Positions 13,160-24,979 of a DNA stretch of 64,000 bases are shown piece after piece. A program made the translations under genes and the position numbers. Below the pieces are notes generated by a model. The model was not told where the DNA came from. It made no database searches and worked only from the letters and a program-made list of their open reading frames with translations. The DNA is from Thalia democratica (lineage: Eukaryota), in contig OZ241826.1 of assembly GCA_965202585.1 (NCBI GenBank), forward strand, positions 42,222,001 to 42,286,000, given 5' to 3'. Within the stretch, counting starts at the first letter, position 1; every line of letters starts with the position of its first letter.

Positions 13160-13346
13160 TATCAGAATAAAGCATGAAGCAACCGTTTGCTTGTATTGAT
13201 CAGTGACGTCAGTATTGACCATATTCAATACAAGAATACCAGATGTCTTGCCTAGTGGACAATGTGTCAAGCGTTGCACAGCAAAAGACAATGCTGATGT
13301 CACTGATCAATACCAGCAAGCGGTTGCTTCATAATTTATTCTGATA
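13160..13346. mobile_element. 187-bp MITE with ~58-bp TIRs and TA ends (Tc1/mariner-type target)
   Basis: tatcagaataaagcatgaagcaaccgtttgcttgtattgatcagtgacgtcagtattg pairs with the reverse complement of the right end with few mismatches. TA is present at both termini. Confidence 0.8.
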
Positions 13347-15538
13347 AGTTGTTTGTAGATTAATGACTGCAAGTTTTTTGGTTGGTGAGTTCTAATAAGG
13401 ACAAAACTGGTCTCAGTCTACCAAAATCTTGTGGTCTGATTGTTGAATTGGCATGGTCAAACCTTACGTTAACTTTTACATTAGAGGTTTAAGTTTTGTT
13501 TGTAGTAAATTACCAAAAACAACTTTGATACTAGTTATTTTTATGGGCCAGAGAGATTAAAAAAAAAAATATTAAAGAAAAAATCTCAGAATGACACAGG
13601 ATAGTTTTTGGTCACTCAGGCTGACTTTTTTGTCTCAAAAAGTGGCAATAACTGTTAGATTTATTCCATATAGATGTTTAAAATTGCTAACACATTTTAA
13701 TGAAATTATTTTACAATTAAAAAGTATTAGTTTTTATAAATAAGTTTCAATTTGTTTTAAAGTTCTAATTTATATTTACTTTTTAGATGATATAGGGTAG
13801 ATTATTAACGGAATATACGTAAACTTTGGTATCAACTATAAAAGGTATGTTGAATTTTTGACTTTTTATAGTTTGCACTTAAACTACTTAACAATTACTA
13901 ATTGGATAACTTAAACTTTTTAAATAAGTTTTTACTATGTTTGATAATTGAAACATCTATAGAGGTGTCAGAGAACTTATGCAAGTTGACATTGTTTTTA
14001 AGTTGGAAGCTTAAAATTAAAGCTATAGAGTATGCTTTTATGAAAATAAATTTGTTGATTTACTGATGAGATGGAGTAAAAATAAATAAGTTTTCAATGC
14101 AAATAAATTTTTATAGATTATTTTTTTCATAAATTCAAAAATTTTAAAATTTCTTCTCTTCCTAGTATTTTTAAACTTAAATAGCCTTGCAAATAAATTA
14201 AATATTAAAATAAATTGAAAAGTATATTTCAAGCCTTGAAATTTTTAGTAAATCCATCTTCTTCAATTAAAATATTTTTTAAAAGAAGTTGTAAAAAATA
14301 TATAAATGACTTATAAAAAGTGCACTGAAATAGTTTAAGTAGCAGTTTTTTACAACATAAATCGATTTATATTAAAAAAGTATTTTGTTATTTTTTATAT
14401 ATTATTTATTTGTCACCTTCTATAGGGAGCATATAACTGTACATTCTTACATTGACATTTTATATCTTAAAAGTTACTTTAAGTAAATAAAAAATAATAA
14501 GTAATTATTAATTTATCAAAATAAGAACAAATTAATAAATAGCTTTTAACTTTTCGTAATGGCCTAAAATCTATTGCATAGAAGAATTCATTTTATCTTG
14601 TAGTTGTAAATTGCTATACTTATTGTTCTTATAGCATTAAAATATTAAGTTAATTAAATATTAACAATGATTTTTTGCTTATATAGAAAGCTGTATGTAA
14701 AAAAGTTTTCTAAAGTTTTTTTTTTTCAAATTAGTTTTATGAAGTTTGTTTTTTTCTATCAACCATATGATTAAAGTTTTTGTATAAGTAAAATCACTGT
14801 TAGAAAGTTCTAGTTGTCTATAAAAATAAAATAAAACTTTTATTTAAACTTAGTTTTTGAAATTAAAAAAAAATGTTATAATAAATAAAATGAACAGTCT
14901 TTAAAAATTCTTAAAAATTAAACTATTTTCTGTTTTTTTAAAACTCTTCCTTTCAATTATTGTAAAGATTTTAAAGTAAAAAAAGATGTTGATATTGTTT
15001 TACAACTTTACAACTTAAATAACATGACACAACCTTTTAAAACCTTAAAACTTTTCATTAAGTTTTGTGGGATTAACTTAACTAAATTTCTGAATAAAAA
15101 TATACGAAAGATTTATAAACTTGATAATTGAAAAACATGTGCTTTTTAAATACAATAATAAGTTTTTATGTATCCCTAAGTTCAAATAAACATTAATTTA
15201 TTTATATACTGCCATTAAGTTATTTGATTTTACTTAGTTTTTGTCATTACTTGAACATTTTTACAAAATAGTAGTATTGTGACAAAATAATATGTGTTAG
15301 AGTTGAAAAACTTTTACAAATATTAGTGTGTAACATGTGGAATTCGGTTAAAAAAAAAATTGGTCTAAAAGTTGAGTTTAAAAAAAATTTAAATTAAAAA
15401 ACAAAAACAAATGTGTATATATAAATAATATTGTTAAACTAAAGTTACTTGTTGTTGACTTTTTAAATTTATTTAAAGTATAGTTGTACTCTTTAATCTT
15501 TTACAATAATTTTTTCATTTAATCATTTTTTAGGAATC

Positions 15539-18061
15539 ATGAAGACATATTTTGCATCTTTAACATGCTTCATTGTGCTTGCTACAATTTCACTGTTAAT
15601 AACAAAAAAGCCAGGTAAAACAAACATAAGCACCAAAAGTCTGGACAAGTTTCAAATGCACCACAACTCTGCACAGGACAACACATTCATAATAGAAAAG
15701 ATTCAATCCATACTGTCTTCTGTAAACTTTGAAAAAGATGTTGCTGGAGATGTTGATTACACTTATAGGCTAAATGAGCTCAACGCAGCAATGAACATGC
15801 AAAATTACTTATCAAACTCCTGGGGCTGTGAGAAAGTTGGTGATATTGATGTTGGCGAACTGAAGACAGTTGCTGATGGGTTTTACATCTACAATGCGGT
15901 GTACAACGGTTCAATGCAGATTTTAGTGCAAACTTCAAAGTACGATGTTGAAAAGTTGATTTCTTCTGGCTGTGGCTTGCACAGCTCTGACAAGAGTCAG
16001 TCTAACCAAGACAGGTGTTTTCTGATGAAAAACTCACAGTTAGTTAAAAGTTCAATCAGCTTGAATGATCTTACTAACCACAGAAATATGGCTAAAATGA
16101 AAGGTATTTGTATTCAGAACTCAAAGAATCAAGTTTTCAATGACATAAAGTCATCTGGTGTGTATATTTTTTATGAGAACAATGATTCTTTTATACTTCA
16201 CAAAGCTAAAAGATTGCCTTTTTTGAGGAGACTGAAAATATGCACGCAGCTCCTTAATTTAGCTGAGTACTTTTCAAACTCTCATGTTGGATCAGTTCTC
16301 TTAAAAAATTGGACTCCTGACAACTTTGTGTTCGATGGTGACATTATAAAGCTTCAGACAGTAAAAGCTGAATTCAGCACGACAGAAAAATCTTGCTTCA
16401 GCAATCAACAATGCAGCATAAGGGACATCGGAGTTTCTTGCATCGAAGGAACCTGCCAAGAATACAACATCAAAATGAACTTGCTTAAGTTGTCATCTGA
16501 AATACTACTTGAGTTGCTTTCGGAGCCTGACAGTGAACTGGATGAGGATTCCAGTTCTGCTCTTCAGAACTTAGTTGTGGGACTTCAACATTTGCAGCTG
16601 AGCACCAAACAAGCCATCTACAGTGTCAACAAGCTAGCAAGGCTGGTGGAAAGCAGCAGGCAAAACGTGAAACTAATCTATTCTGAAAAGGAAGGAGGTA
16701 TGATCATTGACACCAGCCAGAGGAGGGCTGTCAAAGTAAAAATCAATGAAGTCACAGCAGAAAAGTTTGTTCCTCAGCATTTTGAAAAACCTGCTGAAGC
16801 AAAGAGTGAAGCAAAAGCTCCTGCTTCAAACAACCTAAACTCTCTAGAGATGTTTGAGAAGAAGAGTGACATAGACTTTTCCCGCGCCTACAACTTCAAC
16901 TGCCCCTCTGTGAGCCAGGCAAACTGGGGTTGCGTGGTAACTGCTGACTCTTTGCAGGACATTGCAGACCTGTGCCTCAGAGAGAAGCAATGCAAGTCTT
17001 TTGTGGTCATTCCTGACAAGAAGAACCCAAACGTGATAATTGCAGTGCTAAAGAATGAGGACTCAGACTGGCATAAGCGCCAAGGGGTGGTCTCATATGT
17101 GCTAAAGATTAACAAGGAGCAAGCCATTGTGCAGGTGTTTAACTCAACAAGCTGCCTGTCTGAAACTTACGACGCCAACACAAAAAGCAGAAACCAGCAT
17201 CAGGTGAAGTTAGTAGAAGCTTTTGACTCTGTGGTCTGGAATGACATGACCTGGGAGGCCCTTGCTTCAGACGTCCTTGTCAAAAAAGCCAAAAATTTTA
17301 AACGTCCAGCTGGGAAATCAAACGGGGGCGGGCAGATGAACGTTGTCTTTGAAACAGTAAAGCATGGAGACATTGGTGCCCTGTTTGTTGCCAAGGAAGG
17401 GGAGGAAGAGTACTCCTCATCCCAACTGCTGACCTACCACCTGGACAGGTTGCTGGGGCTGTACAAGACCCCGCCCGTTGTTGAGAGGGTGATGAGTCCT
17501 GAAGAGCTGAAAAGTGCTGGGTTTCCTGTTGATGAGGGAGGCAACAAGTTTGACGAGTTCAAGAAGGTCAAGTTTGAGGATGGGTCCCTGATGGGGGTGT
17601 TGATACCAACACTGGACGCATGGACTGTGGAGCACCACATATCAGTGCCAAAACTGGAAACTTTGACTGAATCAGTGACTCCTTTCAATGAAAAGCAAGT
17701 GAGCGATCTTGAATACTTGCTACTTGGACACCTGGCTTCACTACCCATGCCAAAGAAGCACGTGTCTTCCAAAGGACTGCTTATACACACAAAAACCGAC
17801 AACGCGTTCCACCACCCTTCACAAGGCGAGTACCTGAAATACTTTAACAACTGCCAGTTCACAAACAACATGCTTATGGTTGAGGAAGCTGTGAAGGAGT
17901 GCAAGTTGAGTGGGGAGGTGCACAGCATCAGCGGTCAGTTCATTCCTCCACCTCCCAACTTCAGTGAAGTGCTCGATGGTAATTTTGAGGAGTTTTCAAA
18001 AGTGGTTCAAAAGTGCGTTGAGAGGTTTGGAAGGAGCGCTGTTTGCACAGATTGTAAGTGA
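15539..18061 (+). CDS. Secretory-pathway (type II anchored) multidomain protein: PKDCC/VLK-like extracellular kinase domain + PAN-like Cys module + FAM20/four-jointed-like kinase domain; both kinase domains look degenerate
   Basis: 840-aa uninterrupted ORF with a hydrophobic N-terminus (aa 5-21). PKDCC-like segment RLKICTQLLNLAEYFSNSHVGSVLLKNWTPDNFV...C..C..C..C..N.K.NL. PKDCC C-terminal-like YNFNCP...GCV...C...CKSFVV. FAM20/Fj-like GGGQ...ALF...YHLDRLLGL..TPPVV.R and IHTKTDNAF. A strong acceptor (tttttag, 15533) lies 5 nt before the ATG, implying a 5'UTR intron. Confidence 0.85.
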   Translation: MKTYFASLTCFIVLATISLLITKKPGKTNISTKSLDKFQMHHNSAQDNTFIIEKIQSILSSVNFEKDVAGDVDYTYRLNELNAAMNMQNYLSNSWGCEKVGDIDVGELKTVADGFYIYNAVYNGSMQILVQTSKYDVEKLISSGCGLHSSDKSQSNQDRCFLMKNSQLVKSSISLNDLTNHRNMAKMKGICIQNSKNQVFNDIKSSGVYIFYENNDSFILHKAKRLPFLRRLKICTQLLNLAEYFSNSHVGSVLLKNWTPDNFVFDGDIIKLQTVKAEFSTTEKSCFSNQQCSIRDIGVSCIEGTCQEYNIKMNLLKLSSEILLELLSEPDSELDEDSSSALQNLVVGLQHLQLSTKQAIYSVNKLARLVESSRQNVKLIYSEKEGGMIIDTSQRRAVKVKINEVTAEKFVPQHFEKPAEAKSEAKAPASNNLNSLEMFEKKSDIDFSRAYNFNCPSVSQANWGCVVTADSLQDIADLCLREKQCKSFVVIPDKKNPNVIIAVLKNEDSDWHKRQGVVSYVLKINKEQAIVQVFNSTSCLSETYDANTKSRNQHQVKLVEAFDSVVWNDMTWEALASDVLVKKAKNFKRPAGKSNGGGQMNVVFETVKHGDIGALFVAKEGEEEYSSSQLLTYHLDRLLGLYKTPPVVERVMSPEELKSAGFPVDEGGNKFDEFKKVKFEDGSLMGVLIPTLDAWTVEHHISVPKLETLTESVTPFNEKQVSDLEYLLLGHLASLPMPKKHVSSKGLLIHTKTDNAFHHPSQGEYLKYFNNCQFTNNMLMVEEAVKECKLSGEVHSISGQFIPPPPNFSEVLDGNFEEFSKVVQKCVERFGRSAVCTDCK

Positions 18062-19180
18062 ATTTGTTATTTTTAAACTTACACTTGTGTGAAAATTTCA
18101 GAGTGACTACAGCCTTGATGTTAAAAGTTAATAGTTCATATATAATATTTTAAAAATTTGTTTTAAAATACTTATCAGACATACAAGTTTAAAATGCTTA
18201 TATGCTGCTTACAATTTTCAACTTATTTAGTTTTTTAAAGCTAAATGTTTTTTAAATTTTATCAAAATACAAAAATATATAGTTTTGGGTAACATATTAA
18301 TTTTTTTTGAATAGCTTCATGTTTTAAATTCTAATTTATCATTTTTATATCATCGATCATAAAGCTTAAAAAATCTAATTCCCATATAACTATGTGAATA
18401 CATTTCGTATACTTCATATACTTTATATTTTTCAATTAATAAGTTTCTTTTCTTCGAAATGTTGTTAAATGTGCAATTTTCAGGAGTTGCCATTTTAAAT
18501 ATTTTTGTTTATTATGCTTTATAATTATTTAAAAAATATAGTGCTTTATTTACTTTTTTGTACAAGTTTGATCTTTTTGAGTTGTACGTTAGTTTCTTTG
18601 CCAAATTATCAAAATTCGTTGTATATAACTAAACAAAAAGCAATTATATCAAATTTTAAAAAACGTATTTTAATTTGACATATCAGTTCCACGAAATTAA
18701 TAATAACCTGTGACACTCTTTATTTATTAATATGTTTTATATCACGAATTAATACTTTTGCAATATTCACTTTATTGTCGATTGATTTAAACCTTGTGCC
18801 TTAAGTCGGTTTTATTTTAACTTTGAACTCTTCTACTTGCCAAATGTTTTATGTTTAAGCGCTATGGTTAGTGCAAAGTGGAACCTTTTTGATATTTTAA
18901 AACCTTGTTTTATTCTTTTCTTGACAAATTGGTAAAAAAATTCTGTTAAGCTTAAAACTTTTTGAATTTTCAGGTTAATTGCTTGCAATTTTAAGATTTT
19001 GATTTTATGCAGTTCAATTACTCAATTACATTCTTTATAATGAATTTTAAAACACACCTTTTTAAATCAGTTTTAAAAAAGCAGTTTCAATTTACGTTGG
19101 AATAGTATTTTTATTCCTTATACTTCTCCATATATTAAGTACAATTGTATATTTTAGTTTCACACAATTCTTTTTTAATG

Positions 19181-19384
19181 TAGTTATTGATATTATTTAT
19201 AAGTTGAAGCAAAATTTGAATGTTTTCAGAATTTCAAGTAGTAATTTATAAATTTTATTAAAAACATTTGTATAAATTTTAGTTATTGACATTATTTATA
19301 AATTAAAGCAAAACTTGAATGTGTTGAGAATTTTAAGTAGAAATTTATAAAGTTTATTAAAAACATTTGTATAAATTTTAGTTT
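19181..19384 (+). repeat. Two-copy ~99-bp imperfect tandem duplication
   Basis: tagttattga(t/c)attatttata...aaaacatttgtataaattttagtt starts at 19181 and 19280. Confidence 0.8.
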
Positions 19385-21039
19385 TAAGACTAAAACAGCA
19401 CTTTAAGTAAGTAAACAAATTGTTTGTTCTAAATGATTGTCTCAAAACTACAGTTTCATATTTCTTTTTTTTAGCTTTTAAAAATAATTAAGATTTTTAT
19501 AAACATTTTATGGTACAAAATAATTTAAGATAAATTAATAAAAATTATGTTTTTGTTTTAGAATAGCTTTTCTAAAAAGTCATGTTTTATTTTGTAAATT
19601 AAAGTATCAAAAAATTTTGTTTAGATTTTTGAAACAATCTGGTTTCAAGCTTAGATAATTAATTTTGGTATAAGTTTGAAATAATTGACCCGAAAAAAAA
19701 AACTTGATAATGTGTTTTAAGTGCATTTTAAAGAATTTTATCTATTCATACTTAAAAAAAAAAGAGGCTATTTTAGCAATTATATTTTTTATAATTTTTT
19801 TTAGTAAGTTAAACATGTTCTATTAATCTAATTAAATTTGAAAAAAATCCTAATAAGGCTAAGAATGACTAATACTTAATTATGATGTTATTATAAGAAC
19901 TTTGGACTCAAAAACGAAAATAGTGGTAACCAGATGTTATGGTTGAAAATTCAGTTACTAAGTCATTTATAATATTTAACTTATTTGTATTAATGTTGTA
20001 ATCAGGATGACCATTAGACCTCAGAAATGGTAGAAGTTGGTAATTGAAAAAAAAAACTTGAAACTTTAGAATATACTAGAATATTTAACTTTTTAATATG
20101 ATAACAGTGTTAATTAAACTTCTGTTCAAAAGTACAAACTATAAACTAATTACTTCAATATTCTAATAAGTGAACATTACACATATCTAAGTATAAAAAC
20201 CTAAATTTTCATAAAGAAATTCTTCAAAAATATGTTATTAAAAAGTTTACGAAGTACTTTTTTGACTAATAAAATGTTTTTACATCACATTGTTATGGTT
20301 ATAAAGTATATACCTAGTTAAAAAAATACAGTAAACAAAAATGATTGAAAGAAAATGTAATAAAATAATTAATAGAACATAATAAAGCAAAAGTAGTGTT
20401 ATACGTATTAAGACTACTAATATCGTGTATTAATGATAAGCAACTAAACACAAAGTTATAATATTTTATGATACACAAATATAGTTATTATTTATTCTTC
20501 CTAGTTTTAGTATTTCATTTAAGAGTTTATAGTTATTCTAATTTGTATGTTTAAAAATAAAATGTATACAAATAACTTAAAATAAAATCTTAAAAATTTG
20601 ATTATTTATAAATTACATTTAATAAGTCAAATAATAAGGTAGTTTTTGTAAAATAAAAACAAGCTTAAAATTTACTAGGTATTAGTTAATAATCATTGCC
20701 TATGGTTAACAGTGATACAAATACCCTCGAATTTTTTTAGCCTAAAGTATTGTCTACCTTAGGCATAGCCTCAATGTTTTCTCAAGTATCTAATTTAGTT
20801 TTCAAAATTTAATTGTAACTAAAGTTTCATTAACTTTATTGATTAACTGATCGAAATTTACTTTTGTATTTAAGTATCAGTTAGTGTATCTATTTGTCTA
20901 AGCAGTTTCAAAATAAAGGTTTTCAATAGTTTTTGTTAGACTATTTTTAAATTAGCGAAAATAGAGATTTTCAGATTTATTATGCAAGAACAACAAATTC
21001 ATAGAGTGTTAAGTTTTTTATAAAGTTTTTGAATCTGCA

Positions 21040-21570
21040 GTACGTCATGAAAAAATTTAATGGAATGGGATATCTAAAGATGGCGGAAACCCAACACTCT
21101 CCAATCACATAAAATTATAAAAGCAAATACAGTGTGGAATTCGAAGAGATCTACAAGGCAAATGGCTAAATACAACATGTGAGTGTGACCTCAATAAGAA
21201 AAACCATCAAAAATAATCTCAAACTGCTTTTCTATATGATATAAAACAAATAACTTGTCCATAATCAAACTTGTCCAAAACTTAAAAAAATCGTGAAAGA
21301 GCAACGATTCTCACTGTCGGTATGAAGATTGGCATGGAAGAGCTATATATCGACGTTTTCTTTATTAAAATTTGGAACCGTCGAAACTATTCGTTGCCAA
21401 CTAGAACGATGGAAAGCACACCAGCAGTGTACACAAGTGTTGGGTCCGTGAGAAGAGTCTACTGCTGACAAAAGCAATTTCCATTTATGTTGTGGTCCGG
21501 TAATATCGGAAGTCGCTTTCGATTTTGGTTCAACAGCAGTTTGAAAAGTACACAGGTTTTTAGATCAGTA
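21040..21570 (+). mobile_element. Degraded IS630/Tc1/mariner-family transposase fragment
   Basis: Across frameshifts it reads NSKRSTRQMAKY / VSVTSIRKTIKNNLKLLFY (HTH region typical of Tc1/maT-like transposases) and FMLWSG (VMVWxG-like). Many stops are present. Confidence 0.6.
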
Positions 21571-21865
21571 TTTTAAATCAAGCTTTTGAAGAGATGTAAA
21601 TACATTTTAAACATTAACCACTTTCTTTTTAAGAACATAAAGCATTAAAAAAAGCCCAATACGTATGAAAAAATTGTTTTTGTAGATCTTTGAAGAGAGA
21701 TATTTAGTACCCTGCATTGCAGAAAATCAGAACCTGGACGGAGTTCTGGAAAATCTGGAAAATTTGTCGAAAAAACTAGCGTTTCGCCTGTTGTAAATAA
21801 GTCAATTAATTTACTATATAAATAGTTTTTCACATCATTTTCAAACACCTAGATTATATCTAGAC

Positions 21866-22098
21866 CAGAGTTTCCTATTTTTTTTCATAAGCCCTTTAAA
21901 AAAATAAAAAAAAGCTACGCCCCTCATATAAGATTTCTCAAAAACTACCGAGACCTTTTTTTTTCGCTCTTCATCACCAACTCCAGAATATCTAGTGTGA
22001 GTTTCATGTTGTGGCCCCCCTGTGTCCCTTTTCATACTCACGCCCCCCACCCCCTCTTTGACCCCTTTGCTGCTTATGATCTACTTTGGGATGCCCTG
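21866..22098 (-). mobile_element. hAT-type MITE, copy 2 (shorter, reverse orientation)
   Basis: Ends cagagtttcc / ttgggatgccctg. Shares agatattctggagttg-tgatgaagagc...aggtct with copy 1. Flanks atctagac/acctggac (6/8) resemble the nTCTAGAn hAT target. Confidence 0.65.
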
Positions 22099-22873
22099 AC
22101 CTGGACTAAAGCTAAAAAAACAGTTAATAAATTTTAAGTTTATAAAAAACTGCTTTCATGCTAATAGTTTAGATATATAAAAGTATAAATTTGGAGTAAT
22201 TTGTTTTTACACTTGTATAATAGGTTTTGTAATCTTTTTTTTTAAACTTTTTGTTTAAAAATTACCGAATGCTGTTTTATAATAATTTTTTTATGTAGTA
22301 GCTGTTTCTTAAATATATCTTTTAGGGGTACATTCTAAAAGACTAAAAATTAATGGTTTACCGGATCCGGAATTTTTTTCAAATAGTAATCCGGTCAGAC
22401 ACAGATATTCAGAAATTTATTATTTAAGCTGGACTTCGCAAGTTAATTTTCCATTCGTTTATTATATATAGAAGGAGTGAGAATCTTTTTATCCTATGGG
22501 TTATATTTAACAAAAAAGGTCCTGCAAGCCAAAAATAATAGAACAAAATTCTTTTCGGAAGAAGTGTATTTAGAAAATGTACAATTTTTTTTAACTATTA
22601 AAAGCACAGTTGTATTGGAATAATAATTTTTGAATACTACTATATAGAGGAAATCAAACTAATAATATATTTTTTAGCACATTTATTATAAAAAGCTCAG
22701 TTTTAGTTGTTTTCTACAAGTTGGTTTTAAACTAAAAACGACTTAACACACATGAGGTTATTTCTAATTTGTGGACCCCTTTCCCAATCCTGTCCAAAAA
22801 AAAAAAAGCTGTTAGTTAAGATTTGTTAGATAGTCGATTTCTAGTTTTTTAAAGTTTATTTTAATAAACAATA

Positions 22874-23567
22874 CACTTTAGCATGGAGTGACATTTGGCA
22901 CGTCGTCACTTTAGCACTGAGTGTCACTTTAGCACGGAGTGACATTTAAGCACAGAATAGTTTTAGATCAAAAACGTTCATTTATGATGTTCAATTACTT
23001 AATAACTATTAAGTTAACAAAAAATAAATGCGAACACTAGTTATATTACTTTTAAAAGTATCGTCTTAAAAAAATTAAACAAAGTTTTTACTGGTAGCAC
23101 TTTAACTTAGGCTATTTTTTAAAAGTTTCACAGCAATAAAGATAACAAAAAAGCTAAACAGGTAGAACAATTCTCAATTTAAGTAATTTACCTGTATAGC
23201 TAACTTTGTATAATTTTTATAACATAAATAACATAACGTAAATATGAAATAAAAAGTATCAAAATATTTTCTTTGAAATATATATACTAAAAAAAGTTAA
23301 TATAGTTTGTAAACTAACTTTTATTTTAGTTCTACTTAAAGTTTCAACTTGTTACACATTTAAGATTGTTAACTTTTGATTTACATGTTGAATAGTTCGT
23401 TAAAATTTTTGAAACATAATAGTACGAATATTATTTTAGCATATTACAAAGAATTGTAAAATAAATTTTGTTGTAAAGTGTCACACCGTGCTAAATTCTC
23501 ACTCCGTGCTAGAGTGACCCGTGCTAAAATGTCACTCTTTGCTAAAGTGTCACTCCGTGCTAAAGTG
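22874..23567. mobile_element. MITE-like element with repeated subterminal ~18-bp units in inverted orientation
   Basis: The left side has arrays of cactttagcacggagtga, the right side arrays of tcactccgtgctaaagtg, with an AT-rich interior. No TSD identified, so exact ends are uncertain. Confidence 0.65.
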
Positions 23568-24054
23568 CTTTTCTGACCCATTCCCATTAAAATATACAGT
23601 GACTCATGCAGCAGACAAGTTACAAAAATGATAAACTCCACAAAGTACAGTGGACAAAACTACTCACTCTAAACTGTTCCTATTGGGCTTATCGATTTTT
23701 TCTACTAACACAAAAGTTTTTTTTTTCTTTCTGTTTATTTTTTTTGCGTTAACTTAACATTTTGTCTCTAAATTCAGTATACATGCGTAGTTAAATTCTA
23801 TAGTGCTTCTATTTAGTACTTTTTAAGGGATAAGGTTTTGAGAAAAAATGTTTATAAACTAGTTGATACACTTGATGTTATTATTTTTATATAGAAGAGT
23901 TTTAAAACATTTTAAGTTCTTTAAACGTTGTCTAAAACTCTGCTTGAAAAAGCACAAAAAATGTATTGGAAAATTTATTCTACGCTTAGCAATAATACGA
24001 ACTATGTTTAAAAAATCAAAAAAAAAGCTTTATGACTTAATGGGGAGTAAACAA

Positions 24055-24960
24055 TTATATACGAATAGAATTATATCGATAGATTATATCATCATGGGGT
24101 GCGATATGACCAGGGTTAAATTTTATCGCACCTCGAGGTCTATATTCTAAACCATTTTTTCTACCAAACTGTATCAATTCATTTGGTTGTTTAGACTTTT
24201 TCAACTCTGTTTTAAAGTTGTTCCCGCTGTAACGCCTAATCCAACCCAAATAATGGGACACGCTCGTGTAGGCTCCTGGAAAACCGGAGGACCCGACCAA
24301 ATCTTCGTACTCAATATTTTCTAACTTATGACCTCCGTACGCGACCCCTTATATTTCTCCTTCACCCACGAGCCCGCCCCTGAATCACCTGGCAACGCGT
24401 AGGGGGCGTTTTATTTTTGTTTTAGGGGGCGTTTTTGGCGTTTTATTCTTGTTCATTTTGGGTATCACCGATTGAAATTTTGTCATTAAGATAAAAAGCC
24501 GCAAAAGTCTGCTCCTTTTCTTATTTGACTTTGACATTTTAACCTCAGCAGCGCGCAAAGCACGAATTTAACTCCCGGCTCCAGGTACAGCAGCTTCCGT
24601 GTCTCCCAACCGCCAACTTCATATTTATTTCATTCAACGCGTTTCAGTGATAGAAATTTTTAATTTAACTCATTTATTCTGGTCGCCTTTGATTTTTTCA
24701 TTCTGTCGTAACTGTTGCTAATCACGACCTCCCGCGCCTCTATCCAGTTTTCTTCACCACGGTCTGTTTGAATTTTTCGCACCATTCCCGCGACCGCATG
24801 CATCCCAATCACCTCTGCAGCGCCTTCGCCGGTAAAAAAATGTGGGCGCAGGACAACATAGTGTATTCGGATATGATGATTCCGCTTCCGCGGAATATAG
24901 TTCTACTATGATTGTTTTCGTTCAAATACACCACGTATGTTTGAGCTTGGTAACTTATAC
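24055..24960 (-). pseudogene. Frameshifted, intron-less trypsin-like (S1) serine protease remnant
   Basis: Motifs occur in the correct order on the minus strand but in different frames: GSGIIISEYTMLSCAH (His, ~24842-24890), VAG...EVVISNSYD, VGGW, FCG, PGDSGAG (Ser, 24378-24389), GVAYG, FPGAYTSVSHYLGWIRRY. Several stops and frameshifts. Confidence 0.75.
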
Positions 24961-24979
24961 CTCTTCAGAGCTCTAATAT

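Noticed and set aside
12280-14232. Short K/F/I/L-rich ORFs (also 23863, 26048, 30509, 33424, 45320, 51852, 52612)
   Set aside because: Composition expected from AT-rich non-coding DNA, many with non-ATG starts and no domain signal.
16888-18092. Short antisense/alternate-frame ORFs over the 840-aa gene
   Set aside because: Shadows of the real CDS with no independent motifs.
23444-23641. 65-aa ORF with repeated TLARS-like motifs
   Set aside because: Translation of the MITE's subterminal repeats.
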